A stretch of 64,000 nt of DNA from Candidatus Latescibacterota bacterium (GTDB taxonomy: Bacteria > Latescibacterota > UBA2968 > GCA-2709665), in assembly GCA_965219995.1 (NCBI GenBank), contig CBDCOX010000002.1, positions 1,152,001-1,216,000 on the forward strand, in the 5' to 3' direction. This document shows, one piece after another, positions 19,827-29,064 of this stretch (the stretch's first letter is position 1; every line of letters starts with the position of its first letter). The translations under genes and the position numbers were made by a program. The notes under the pieces were generated by a model. The model was not told the origin of the DNA. It did not search any database and saw only the letters and a list, made by a program, of their open reading frames with translations.

Positions 19827-21374
19827 CTATTGCGCGCGTGCTGATTTTTCTCCGATGGTGCCGTAGAAGGCTTTGACCATACGGTCCAGATGTACTTTCG
19901 CATTTTCCGCCGCGTCTCTATCAATCGTGTACTCGGACTTGCCCACCAGCTTCAGACCGTGACCGTAGTCGTCGAACAGTGACTGGCAGAGCGCCTCAAC
20001 CGACACGCCGTCGCGCACGGCGGTCCTGGTCAGGGCGGACTTCGCAGCATCCGAAAACGTCAGTAAAATTCCGTACGCATTCAGAAAATGCGCCGTGTAG
20101 GACGAGATATCCCGGTTCACCAGCAACTTTTGCAGTTCAAGTGACGGATTCTTCACAACGTCGGCAGTAACGGAAAAGGAACGGATATCGGTTGAAGGAA
20201 GCGCTTTTTCGAATTTCAGCAGCGCCCGTTCGCAAACACTCACCAACGCTCTGGCCCCGGTCTGTTCGGTGGACGCCTGTTCCGCAAGTCGGCGCAGGGC
20301 CGCGTCATCGAAGCTCAATTCAATATCGTAGGCCAGGAAGTCCCGCTTCTTTCCAAGAATGACCGAACTGGTCGGACTCTTCAGAATCTGATACAAATCA
20401 TCGACGGAAAGCGGTTCCAGCACGGCCACCACCGGCAGACGTCCCACGAATTCGGACTCGAAGCCGAACGCGATGAGGTCTTCGGTGATCGCCTGCTTCA
20501 GATAGGACACGCGGTCCGCTTCATGGTTTTGCGATCGTTCCGTTTCGGCCTTGAATCCGAGGCTGTTTCGATTGAGACGGCTCTTGATCAGATCCTCGAA
20601 TCCGTTGAACGCGCCGCTGACGATGAAGAGGATGTTTCGCGTGTTGATTTTCTTTCTCTCCATCTTGCCGCTTTGCTGATATTGCATCATGGCTTCCATC
20701 TGTGAAGCCAGGTCGTGAGGCGCCTTGAGGTCCACCTCGGTCTCTTCCATCAGCTTGAGCAGGTTGCGCTGGACGCCGCTCCGGGAAACGTCCGGACCCA
20801 CCAGATTGGGGGTCGAAGCGATCTTGTCGATCTCATCCACGTAGATGATGCCGTACTGGGCCTTCTCGATGCTGCCGCCGGCCTCCCGAACCAGTTCGCG
20901 CACCAGGTCTTCGACGTCGCCGCCGACATATCCGGTTTCACTGAACTTGGTTGCGTCGCCCTTCACAAAAGGAACGCCGATCCGATGGGCGATCAATTTG
21001 ATGAGATAGGTTTTGCCCACGCCTGTCGGGCCGATCAACAGGATGTTGTTTTTGATGTTTCCGACGGAACGGTGTTCGAATTCGGGATCTTCGCGATCCA
21101 GCTTCATCCGGTTGAAGTGGGTGCAGATCTTGGTGGCGAGCACTTCCTTCGCCTCGTCCTGTTTGATCACGTACTCGTCCAGAAAGGCCTCGAGTTCCTC
21201 CGGCTTCAGGTCGAAGTCTATCGACTCGTCCTCCGGTTCCTCCACGCGCGGACCTTCGCTGCTCCCCTCGGCCTCCGCCTGTGGAAACACAACCTGGGCG
21301 CCGTACTTCTGCTCGATAAGCTCCTTAAGGTCCTTCTGCAGTTCCTTGGGATCCACGGGTCGTTGTTCCGGCAT
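19827..21374 (-). CDS. ClpX-like AAA+ unfoldase lacking the N-terminal zinc-binding domain
   Basis: NILLIGPTGVGKT, DATKFSETGYVGGDVE, IIYVDEIDKI, EFVGRLP, GARAL; LGF loop present; no CSFC motif. Confidence 0.85.
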   Translation of the reverse strand: MPEQRPVDPKELQKDLKELIEQKYGAQVVFPQAEAEGSSEGPRVEEPEDESIDFDLKPEELEAFLDEYVIKQDEAKEVLATKICTHFNRMKLDREDPEFEHRSVGNIKNNILLIGPTGVGKTYLIKLIAHRIGVPFVKGDATKFSETGYVGGDVEDLVRELVREAGGSIEKAQYGIIYVDEIDKIASTPNLVGPDVSRSGVQRNLLKLMEETEVDLKAPHDLASQMEAMMQYQQSGKMERKKINTRNILFIVSGAFNGFEDLIKSRLNRNSLGFKAETERSQNHEADRVSYLKQAITEDLIAFGFESEFVGRLPVVAVLEPLSVDDLYQILKSPTSSVILGKKRDFLAYDIELSFDDAALRRLAEQASTEQTGARALVSVCERALLKFEKALPSTDIRSFSVTADVVKNPSLELQKLLVNRDISSYTAHFLNAYGILLTFSDAAKSALTRTAVRDGVSVEALCQSLFDDYGHGLKLVGKSEYTIDRDAAENAKVHLDRMVKAFYGTIGEKSARAQ

Positions 21375-21607
21375 CGTTGTGTATCTCCACAATCGGTACG
21401 CTCGAGTCGGCGACATACTTACGGTCACGGCCGTCTAAGAATACCAGGACCGGTCAGAATTGTCAAGAGTTTCAACCCTTTTCGATCCCTCCCCCGTTCC
21501 CGAGTCCGGGCCTGTGTTCCGGTTCCCGGGCCGGCGGGGTTCCCGGTCCGGCCTTCAGGTAAAGGCCGCAAGCGCACATTACCGACCTCGAATCCGGATG
21601 TTCGGAT

Positions 21608-23335
21608 ATGAACCTCAGCTACTTCACGCTCCGGTGCCTGCGTCACGAACTGAACGAGATCCTGCAGGGGAAACGCGTCAGGCGCGCCATCCTATCCGGC
21701 ACGCACGAGCTCGTTGTCGAAACCGATCACGAAATACACCTGCTGCTTTCCGCCTCGCCCACGACCGGCCGCCTCCAGCGGGTGAACCGCCTTCCGGAGG
21801 CCGCGCACCCCACGCCGCCATGGGTCGAACACCACCTATGCAACAGTGAGATCCAACAGATCGCGCAGCTTCCTCTGGAGCGCATCCTTTCATTCGATCT
21901 GCGGAAGCGCGACCGCATTGGCGGGGAACGCAGATATCGCCTTTACGTGGAACTGATCCACCGGTACAACAACGTCATTCTGACTTCCGAGCCGGACGCG
22001 CGAATATTGGGGGCGCTGCGCCGTGTCGGCGGGAAGAGGGACCGCCAGCGGCGTATTCTGCCGGGCGAACCCTATCGGCCTCCGCCCTCTCAGGATCGGC
22101 TCTCACCTCAGGAACTCACGCCGGCCGATCTCGACGGCGCAATCCGGACGCGTGTGGATCAGCCTGCCCTGGCCCTGGCATCTGTCGTCGCCGGACTGGA
22201 TGTCCCCACCGCGGAGTCGCTGGTCACGGAAGCGGGCGTTGAACCGAACGTGGAAATCGCGCCCCAAACCGTCGAACGACTCCTCGGCCGGCTACGCGCC
22301 CTGTTCGACCGGCCGCCCTTTCTGGATCGACCACAGATACTGAGCGCAAAGGGTCGCCCGGCAACCATCCAGACGCTGCGTCTGCCCCACCTGGCGGGCG
22401 AGGTGGAAACCGTTTGCGACTCCGTCAGCGAAGCGATCGAACGGCTCGCCAGGATGGAGGAAAACCGGCAGCACCACGACGCAGACCGGCACGAGGCGGT
22501 CGCGGCGCTGAAACGGCGCCGCGCATCGCTCGAGAGAAAGGTTGCGCGCATCCGGGCCGATCTGGACGACGCCGGCAAAGCCGAACTTTACAGAAAGTTC
22601 GGGCATATCCTTATGGCCGGGCTGCACAGGGTCCGCCCCGGGGACGCATCCGTTACCCTGCCCGACGTGTTCGATCCGTCCGGGCCTCCCGCGACCATCC
22701 CCCTCAATGCCAACAAGCTGCCCCACGAGAATGCCGCCGCGTACCTGATACGGAGCCGCAAGGCGGAGAAAGCCCGCCCTATCCTGGCGCGTCGTCTTGA
22801 GTCCGCACAGGAGGAACTTGCAGGCGTGGATGGCTTCCTGCAGCGGCTGAGACGAGCCGGCGATCGGGATGAGGTGATGACGATTCGAAACGAACTGGCG
22901 GCGTCCGGGTGGTTCAAGTGGCGCAGGCAGAAACCGTCGGCGGGCAGGAACGCGCCTGTGGATGCGCATCCCAGAAGGTACCTGACTTCGGACGGCTGGA
23001 CGATTCTGGTGGGGCGGAACAACGCCGAGAACGATCGGCTCACGAATGGATCTGCAAGAGACGACCTTTTTTTTCATGCCCAGGGATGCCCGGGTTCCCA
23101 CGTTATCCTCAAGCGTGAAGGAAGGCGACAGAAACCCTCTGAAGCTGCATTGAAGGAAGCCGCGAGCCTGGCGGCGTACTGGAGCAAAGCCAGGCATTCG
23201 CGGACGGTGCCTGTGAATTGCACCGAGGTCCGGTACGTGCGAAAACCCCGGGGCGGCGCCCCGGGGCTCGTCACGATCCAAAACGAAGTTACGCTGTTTG
23301 TCGCCCCCCGTCAGCTCAAGCGTACCGAATCGTAG
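21608..23335 (+). CDS. rqcH: NFACT/Rqc2-family ribosome quality-control protein (RqcH/FbpA-like)
   Basis: LERILSFDL, YVELIHRYNNVIL, coiled coil, C-terminal ILVGRNNAENDRL...FFHAQGCPGSHV...AAYWSK. Confidence 0.88.
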   Translation: MNLSYFTLRCLRHELNEILQGKRVRRAILSGTHELVVETDHEIHLLLSASPTTGRLQRVNRLPEAAHPTPPWVEHHLCNSEIQQIAQLPLERILSFDLRKRDRIGGERRYRLYVELIHRYNNVILTSEPDARILGALRRVGGKRDRQRRILPGEPYRPPPSQDRLSPQELTPADLDGAIRTRVDQPALALASVVAGLDVPTAESLVTEAGVEPNVEIAPQTVERLLGRLRALFDRPPFLDRPQILSAKGRPATIQTLRLPHLAGEVETVCDSVSEAIERLARMEENRQHHDADRHEAVAALKRRRASLERKVARIRADLDDAGKAELYRKFGHILMAGLHRVRPGDASVTLPDVFDPSGPPATIPLNANKLPHENAAAYLIRSRKAEKARPILARRLESAQEELAGVDGFLQRLRRAGDRDEVMTIRNELAASGWFKWRRQKPSAGRNAPVDAHPRRYLTSDGWTILVGRNNAENDRLTNGSARDDLFFHAQGCPGSHVILKREGRRQKPSEAALKEAASLAAYWSKARHSRTVPVNCTEVRYVRKPRGGAPGLVTIQNEVTLFVAPRQLKRTES

Positions 23336-23353
23336 TGCCGCCCGCGAGGACTC

Positions 23354-24118
23354 CTACCAGACTTTCGTGTAGTATACCAGCCGGATCTGGCGATCGATGC
23401 TTTCGGACCGCTTGCCGTCTCGAAACAGGTTCTTGACGTCCACTTCGAGATTCAGCCGTTCCGAGGGCATCCACCGCCCTCCCACGTTCAATCTCCCTCT
23501 GCCCGAACCCAGCGAGTTGTCTTCGTTGTCATTGATCGCAAAGTCGTATTCCATCAGCAGCGCAAAAACCCGTTTCAGTTCGACGTCGGCGCCCACAAAC
23601 CCCGATAGATCCCCATCTCCGTCTCCATCTTCGAGGCTTCGATTCAATCCCACGTGCAGTCCCATATCTCCAAGAGGAAATCCGTAGTTCTTGCTCGCCA
23701 CCGCATAGATGCCCTTGGACTTGACCTCGTACCGTTTCAGTTTTTCTTCGTACTCCCCGTATCCCTGGGAGTGATACCCTACGGCAACAGCGGGAACCCT
23801 CATTTCCTCCTCGATCACCCGGACGCGACCGGCCACCTCCACGCGGGGATTCCAGGAAGCCTCACGGCTGCCCACAAGATGCTGTCCCCCGAACGATACA
23901 CCGACGCTGACCCGGTTGTGTACGCCGATTTCGATTTGCGAGAGAATTCCGCTGTCGCCATACAATCGAAGATCCGCTGAAAGGCGGCCAGCGGGCAACA
24001 TGCCGGCAGTCGGCCCGTCCACCAGCCACCGGGGTACGTTGCCCTGGGCAAGCGCAGGACCGGAATACCCACCACAGACGGCAATCAATAGCATCAACCA
24101 CCTCGCGTGCCGTCTCAT
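23354..24118 (-). CDS. secreted/outer-membrane beta-barrel-like protein (YjbH-like)
   Basis: Signal peptide, LVDGPTAGML motif, alternating beta-strand pattern, C-terminal aromatic residue. Confidence 0.55.
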   Translation of the reverse strand: MRRHARWLMLLIAVCGGYSGPALAQGNVPRWLVDGPTAGMLPAGRLSADLRLYGDSGILSQIEIGVHNRVSVGVSFGGQHLVGSREASWNPRVEVAGRVRVIEEEMRVPAVAVGYHSQGYGEYEEKLKRYEVKSKGIYAVASKNYGFPLGDMGLHVGLNRSLEDGDGDGDLSGFVGADVELKRVFALLMEYDFAINDNEDNSLGSGRGRLNVGGRWMPSERLNLEVDVKNLFRDGKRSESIDRQIRLVYYTKVW

Positions 24119-24573
24119 GGATCTTCTCCGTGGTCAAGGTTGAATCTGCGTAAACCGGAATCCGGTACGTCAATCCGGATGCGCAAGGCCCGCGCAGGCA
24201 GCAGGGATCCGGCGCGCTCCGCCCATTCGATCAGGCAGATGCCGCTACCTGCCAGATAGTCGTCCCACCCCAGGTCGATGAGCGACTCGACGTCCGGCAA
24301 CCTGTACAGATCGAAGTGGTAGACCGATATCGGACGCGACGCGGCGTCGCGGCCTCGGTACTCATTCACCAGAATGAACGTGGGACTGGTCACCCGGTCC
24401 GCCACGTTCAATCCCTCACAGATGCCCTGCGCAAGGCAGGTCTTGCCGCTGCCCAGGTCTCCGATCAGTCCGACACAGTCACCCGGCCGCAAACGGGCGG
24501 ACAACTCCCTTCCGAACGCTCGCGTCCGGTCCGGCGACGTGGATTCGAATACTTCGCTGGTGTCCCGTCCCAA
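24115..24573 (-). CDS. tsaE: tRNA threonylcarbamoyladenosine biosynthesis ATPase
   Basis: GDLGSGKT, VTSPTF, HFDLYRL, IEWAER. Confidence 0.95.
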   Translation of the reverse strand: MGRDTSEVFESTSPDRTRAFGRELSARLRPGDCVGLIGDLGSGKTCLAQGICEGLNVADRVTSPTFILVNEYRGRDAASRPISVYHFDLYRLPDVESLIDLGWDDYLAGSGICLIEWAERAGSLLPARALRIRIDVPDSGLRRFNLDHGEDP

Positions 24574-24685
24574 AAATCCCTCACCACTCTTCCGCCGATT
24601 CAGGCAACTTGCTTTCTGGACAGAACACTCGAGTTCTGCATCCGGGTTTTCTCAAAGGCCCGGGGTTCCCCCCAGTCGCCTTTGG

Positions 24686-26251
24686 CTATTTGCCTCTCAG
24701 AACCGCAACCGGCAGGACCATCTCCTCGAGCGATATGCCGCCGTGCTGGAAACTGTTCGCATAATACCGCTGGTATTCGTTGAATTTCGTGGGATATACG
24801 AAATAGTAGTCCTCCCGCGAAATGATATACGTGGTACCCATCCCAAGATCGGGCAGGCGATAGACGTTCGGGTCCGCGACGTAGACCGCGTGCCGGTTGT
24901 CGCATCGAAGGTGTTTGCCATATTTGTATCGGAGATTGGTGGACGTATCGCGGTTTCCGTGCGCCACGGTCGCCCGGGTACTCATAACGCAGCCGTGGTC
25001 GGTAGTCAATACCACGGTGGTATCCGTATCGGCCAGCTTTCGCAACATTTCAAACAACGATGAATGAGAAAACCAGGACCGGCTGAGCGAACGATAGGCC
25101 GACTCGTTTGGCGCCATTTCTTTCAGAATATCCGATTCCGACCTTCCATGCGCCAGAATATCCAGGAAATTGAACACCACCGACATCAGGGGAAAAGACC
25201 GGTACGAATGCACCTTTTTGACGAGATGGTTGCCCTCGGCGATGTCCAGCACCTTCACGTACCGGGTGTCCAGCTTCAGCGTGGGATCGAGTTCCTGAAT
25301 CTGGTTGTCGAGGAGCTGATGCTCGTGCCGGTTTCGGCTGTTGTCGTCGTCCCAGCCCGAACGCCATTCCTGCGGATACAACCTGGCGACGTCACTTGGG
25401 AAAAGACCGCTGAATATGGCGTTTCTCGAATAGGGCGTGGCCGTAGGGAGAACGGAATAGTGGTAATGCTGCTCAATATTGAAGAGTTCGGACAGGAGCG
25501 GTGCGATTGCCAGCCAGTGATCCAGTCGCATACAGTCCACAACCACGAAGAATACCTGCTGACCCTCCTGAAGCGCGGGCAACACGAACTCGCTCACCAC
25601 GTCGACGGATAACACGGGGGAATCCATATCGTCCTGGAGCCAGTGGGGATAATTGGCTTCCACGAAGCGTCCGAACGCCCGGTTGCACGCCCGCCGCAAA
25701 TCCTCGTGCATCTTTCTCAGTCCGGCGTCGTAAAACCTGTCCAGTTCCAGGTCCCACTCGGAAAGCTTCACGTGGATATCGATCCAATCCTGCCAGGTCG
25801 CTTCGCCTGCCATCAAGGCACGGATTCGATTCGACACGGCGGCGTAATCCAACCCCATTCGCCCCGTCACGATCTGCCGTGCATCGAGCAGCTTTTTGCA
25901 AGCCGAAAGAATCTGGCTGGGGTTTACCGGTTTGGTCAGATAATCGTCGATCCGATGGCCCAGCGCTTCCTCCATCAAACGTTCCTCTTCGTTCTTCGTG
26001 ATCATGATGACAGGGATGTCGGGGTTGATTTCCTTGATCATTGCAAGCGTGGAAAGCCCGCCTCGACCCGCCATCATTTCATCCAGAAGGACGATGTCGA
26101 ACCCCCGCTGCTTCACCATCGCGATGGCGTCGTCCCCGTTCGTCACGGGCGTGACTTTATAGCCGCGGGAACCGAGAAACATCGTATGCGACCTCAAGAG
26201 GTCAATTTCGTCGTCTGCCCACAGGACCTGCTTTTCTTTCATGGCGTTCAT
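24686..26251 (-). CDS. porX: PorX-type response regulator (REC + PglZ/alkaline-phosphatase domain)
   Basis: LWADDEIDLL, LLDEMM, VVDCMRLDHW, LPTATPYSRNAIFSG, TTDHG, FQHGGISLEEM. Confidence 0.88.
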   Translation of the reverse strand: MNAMKEKQVLWADDEIDLLRSHTMFLGSRGYKVTPVTNGDDAIAMVKQRGFDIVLLDEMMAGRGGLSTLAMIKEINPDIPVIMITKNEEERLMEEALGHRIDDYLTKPVNPSQILSACKKLLDARQIVTGRMGLDYAAVSNRIRALMAGEATWQDWIDIHVKLSEWDLELDRFYDAGLRKMHEDLRRACNRAFGRFVEANYPHWLQDDMDSPVLSVDVVSEFVLPALQEGQQVFFVVVDCMRLDHWLAIAPLLSELFNIEQHYHYSVLPTATPYSRNAIFSGLFPSDVARLYPQEWRSGWDDDNSRNRHEHQLLDNQIQELDPTLKLDTRYVKVLDIAEGNHLVKKVHSYRSFPLMSVVFNFLDILAHGRSESDILKEMAPNESAYRSLSRSWFSHSSLFEMLRKLADTDTTVVLTTDHGCVMSTRATVAHGNRDTSTNLRYKYGKHLRCDNRHAVYVADPNVYRLPDLGMGTTYIISREDYYFVYPTKFNEYQRYYANSFQHGGISLEEMVLPVAVLRGK

Positions 26252-27558
26252 GCTCCAGGCCGTTGAGACGCCTTCCGGTCATCCACCGGCCTCAGGGGTA
26301 GTGAAATGAGGAACGTCGTTCCCATTCCCGGCAGACTTTCCTGAACGGAAATCCTGCCGCGATGATAGTCTTCGACAATCCGCTTGACGAAGGCCAGCCC
26401 CAGCCCCCAACCCCGGTCCTTCGTACTGTAGCCGGGAAGAAAGACCTGCTTGATCAGGTGGGGTTGAATTCCTTTGCCATTGTCCCGAACACGGACGTCC
26501 ACCCACTCGCCCTCCGACCGGACATCCGCCGAGATTTCGATCTTGCCGCCCTTTCCCTCCATGGCGTCCGCGGCGTTCTTGAACAGGTTTTCGAATGCCC
26601 AGCCCAACAACTGGCGATTCAACGGAACCGGTGGAACGTCGTAGTCGCGCTGTACGATCCGGACCTCCCGCGAGAGCCGGCCGCGCAGATAGGATGCCGT
26701 CTCCTCGACCACGCGGCGGAGGTTTTCGAGTCGAAGCTCGGGCGTGGATCCGATGAGGCTGAAACGGGAGACGATCTTGTTCAGCCGGCTGGTATCCTCC
26801 TCCATCGCGACCACGATCTGATCGAACCGCCTGCGTGTGTCTTCATCCACCGGACCCGGCGAATGCTCGAGTTCCGATCTCATCAACTCGATCCAGCCGT
26901 AGAGCGAGGAGAGCGGTGTGCCGAGCTGGTGGGCGGTCTCGCGGGCCATCCCGATCCAGATCGACCGCTGCTCGCTGTTTTTCAGATTGCGAAAGCCGAG
27001 ATAGCCCACGCCGACAAAGAGCGCCGTTACGCAAAGCGCGACCCACGGAAGCCAAGCCAGCCGCCGTACCAGGGGTGAATCGCCATAGTGCAGCACGCGC
27101 GGGCCGATCTGCGGGATTTCAAACGAGTACGGCGGATTCTCGTTATCCAGGCGCCGAACGATCCGTTCCATCTGTTTTCGGTCGTCCGGGCTGAGGTCGC
27201 CCGGATTGCCCTGGGGTATCTCAATGGCCTTCCACATATGGGGTTCGCCGTTCTCACCGGTAATGACCACCGGAAAGTTGGCATTCTTTATGGTCTGAAA
27301 GATAGAATTGACGTCAAGGTCTCTGACAACCACGGTATCCTGGGTGGCCATCCCGTAGAAGAACGCCAGCCGCTTGATGATGTCGCGCGAATCCCGACGC
27401 ATCGGGTCCACAACGAAGATCTGCATGTAAACCAGAAACGCCAGGATAATGACCGTTGCGGCCAGAAACAGATAGGCTCCCAGGCTGTACGAACTCTTAA
27501 GACCGACGCTCAGCCGGCCCTTTCGTACCACCGGCGCACCCATGGGTCCCAGGGTCAT
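26248..27558 (-). CDS. membrane-bound sensor histidine kinase
   Basis: Two TM segments, H-box ETAHQLGTPLS, N-box ENLFKNA, DNGKG, GWGLGL; ATGA overlap with porX. Confidence 0.92.
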   Translation of the reverse strand: MTLGPMGAPVVRKGRLSVGLKSSYSLGAYLFLAATVIILAFLVYMQIFVVDPMRRDSRDIIKRLAFFYGMATQDTVVVRDLDVNSIFQTIKNANFPVVITGENGEPHMWKAIEIPQGNPGDLSPDDRKQMERIVRRLDNENPPYSFEIPQIGPRVLHYGDSPLVRRLAWLPWVALCVTALFVGVGYLGFRNLKNSEQRSIWIGMARETAHQLGTPLSSLYGWIELMRSELEHSPGPVDEDTRRRFDQIVVAMEEDTSRLNKIVSRFSLIGSTPELRLENLRRVVEETASYLRGRLSREVRIVQRDYDVPPVPLNRQLLGWAFENLFKNAADAMEGKGGKIEISADVRSEGEWVDVRVRDNGKGIQPHLIKQVFLPGYSTKDRGWGLGLAFVKRIVEDYHRGRISVQESLPGMGTTFLISLPLRPVDDRKASQRPGA

Positions 27559-27764
27559 TGGCCCGCCTGTGCGACCTGTCAGATCTTTTGTTCCCGCGCC
27601 CATCGCCGGGGCTCCCTTCTCCTACCTCAACGTCCCGGGTTTCGGTAAGTTCCGTGCCATTCCGGGGACGTCAGCATTCCGGTGTCGAGCGGTACGGAAC
27701 GGCACACGGACGCACAGAAAGTATACGTATTTTGCAAGCATCCAGTCAACCAAAGAAAAAGCGT

Positions 27765-27793
27765 TTGCATTATCTCTTTCGTATATATATATT
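27765..27793 (+). promoter_or_regulatory. sigma70-type promoter for rpsU
   Basis: TTGCAT-17 bp-TATATT in an AT-rich patch. Confidence 0.6.
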
Positions 27794-27920
27794 TGGAGTC
27801 ACTAATTTCCTGGAGGACGCGGCATGTGCGCGGGAAGCCGGACCGACGTTCGGTCGTCGGATCCTTCGGCGCCATGTCGTGCCGGTTCATACAGGAAACG
27901 GAAAGGAGGGAGTCCAGCTT

Positions 27921-28118
27921 ATGGCCAGGGTTGTGGTGAGAGATGACGAGCCCTTTGAAAAAGCGCTGAAGAGGTTCAAGAAAACCTGCGAAAAAGCAGG
28001 AATAATGACTGAGATGAAAAAGCATCAGCATTTCGAGAAGCCCAGCGAGCGCCGGAAGCGAAAGATCGCGGCGGCAAAGCGGAAGCGCATGAAATTCGAA
28101 ACGCGATTCAACCAATAG
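27921..28118 (+). CDS. rpsU: 30S ribosomal protein S21
   Basis: MARVVVRDDEPFEKALKRFKK...FEKPSERRKRK; AGGAGG RBS. Confidence 0.97.
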   Translation: MARVVVRDDEPFEKALKRFKKTCEKAGIMTEMKKHQHFEKPSERRKRKIAAAKRKRMKFETRFNQ

Positions 28119-28319
28119 AACGAACCTGGCAGCACGGCAACGACAACCGCACCGATTCGCCTTCGGATGCGGTTGTATTTTTTGCGCCTTGTTGTCGAGG
28201 TCGGCCTTTCCGGCCAATGTCGCCGCGGTGCCCCACCCCCGGTGTTTCCATCCGGCGTAGCGTTCCGGAGACAGATCGCCGAAGTCCCGGACTGCACACC
28301 CCGTCAGACGGAGGACCGA

Positions 28320-28991
28320 ATGAACATCGTCGATCTGATCTTGCTGATCGGGCTCGGCTGGATGGTTTTCAGAGGGTGCCGCATCGGATTGGTACGGGGC
28401 CTCGTAGGCCTGGTCAGTTTCGTTCTGGCCTACGGACTGGGCCTGGCGTACGGCGGTGCGGTCTCGGAGTGGATTTCGGGCGAAAATGCAGGCCATGGTC
28501 CGGCCCTGCTGGGCTTTTTCTGCGTTTTCCTCGCGACGTTGATCGCGTGCTACGTTCTGGGACGGATGCTTCAGGCCATGCTCAAGGCCACCCCCCTGGG
28601 CGCCGTGGACACATTGGGGGGCGGCGCCTTCGGCCTCGTGCAGGGGGTGCTCCTGCTGGGGTTGCTGATCCTGCTGCTGAGGGCATACCCCCCTCATCCC
28701 AGGGTGAAGGCTTACATTGACGACGCGCGGCTGTCGCGCCACGTACAGCAGGCCTGCCTTGTCCTGATGGATGCTGTCAGGTCCGCCGTTCCACGCGCGT
28801 CGGAATTCTACAAATATCTGGTACCCGACCAACTGCAAGAGTCGTCGATTCAACCCTTTGTGGACAGTGTGACCAGGGAGACCGGAAAAGCAGGCGCCCG
28901 TCTGAAGGGTCTTCTGGACGAGTCCGGAACGACAGCAAAGGAGACGTCGGGGGATCCTCCACCGAGCCCACCGGGCGGCGAACGCAAATAG
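28320..28991 (+). CDS. CvpA (colicin V production) family membrane protein
   Basis: MNIVDLILL...GCRIGLVR...DTLGGGAFGLVQG; usual position before mutS2. Confidence 0.85.
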   Translation: MNIVDLILLIGLGWMVFRGCRIGLVRGLVGLVSFVLAYGLGLAYGGAVSEWISGENAGHGPALLGFFCVFLATLIACYVLGRMLQAMLKATPLGAVDTLGGGAFGLVQGVLLLGLLILLLRAYPPHPRVKAYIDDARLSRHVQQACLVLMDAVRSAVPRASEFYKYLVPDQLQESSIQPFVDSVTRETGKAGARLKGLLDESGTTAKETSGDPPPSPPGGERK

Positions 28992-29064
28992 CGGACGCGG
29001 CTGCCGTCGCACGGTATCATTGCACCGCGAACATCCACGGTCTTCCCGATCGGTCCATGACGTT

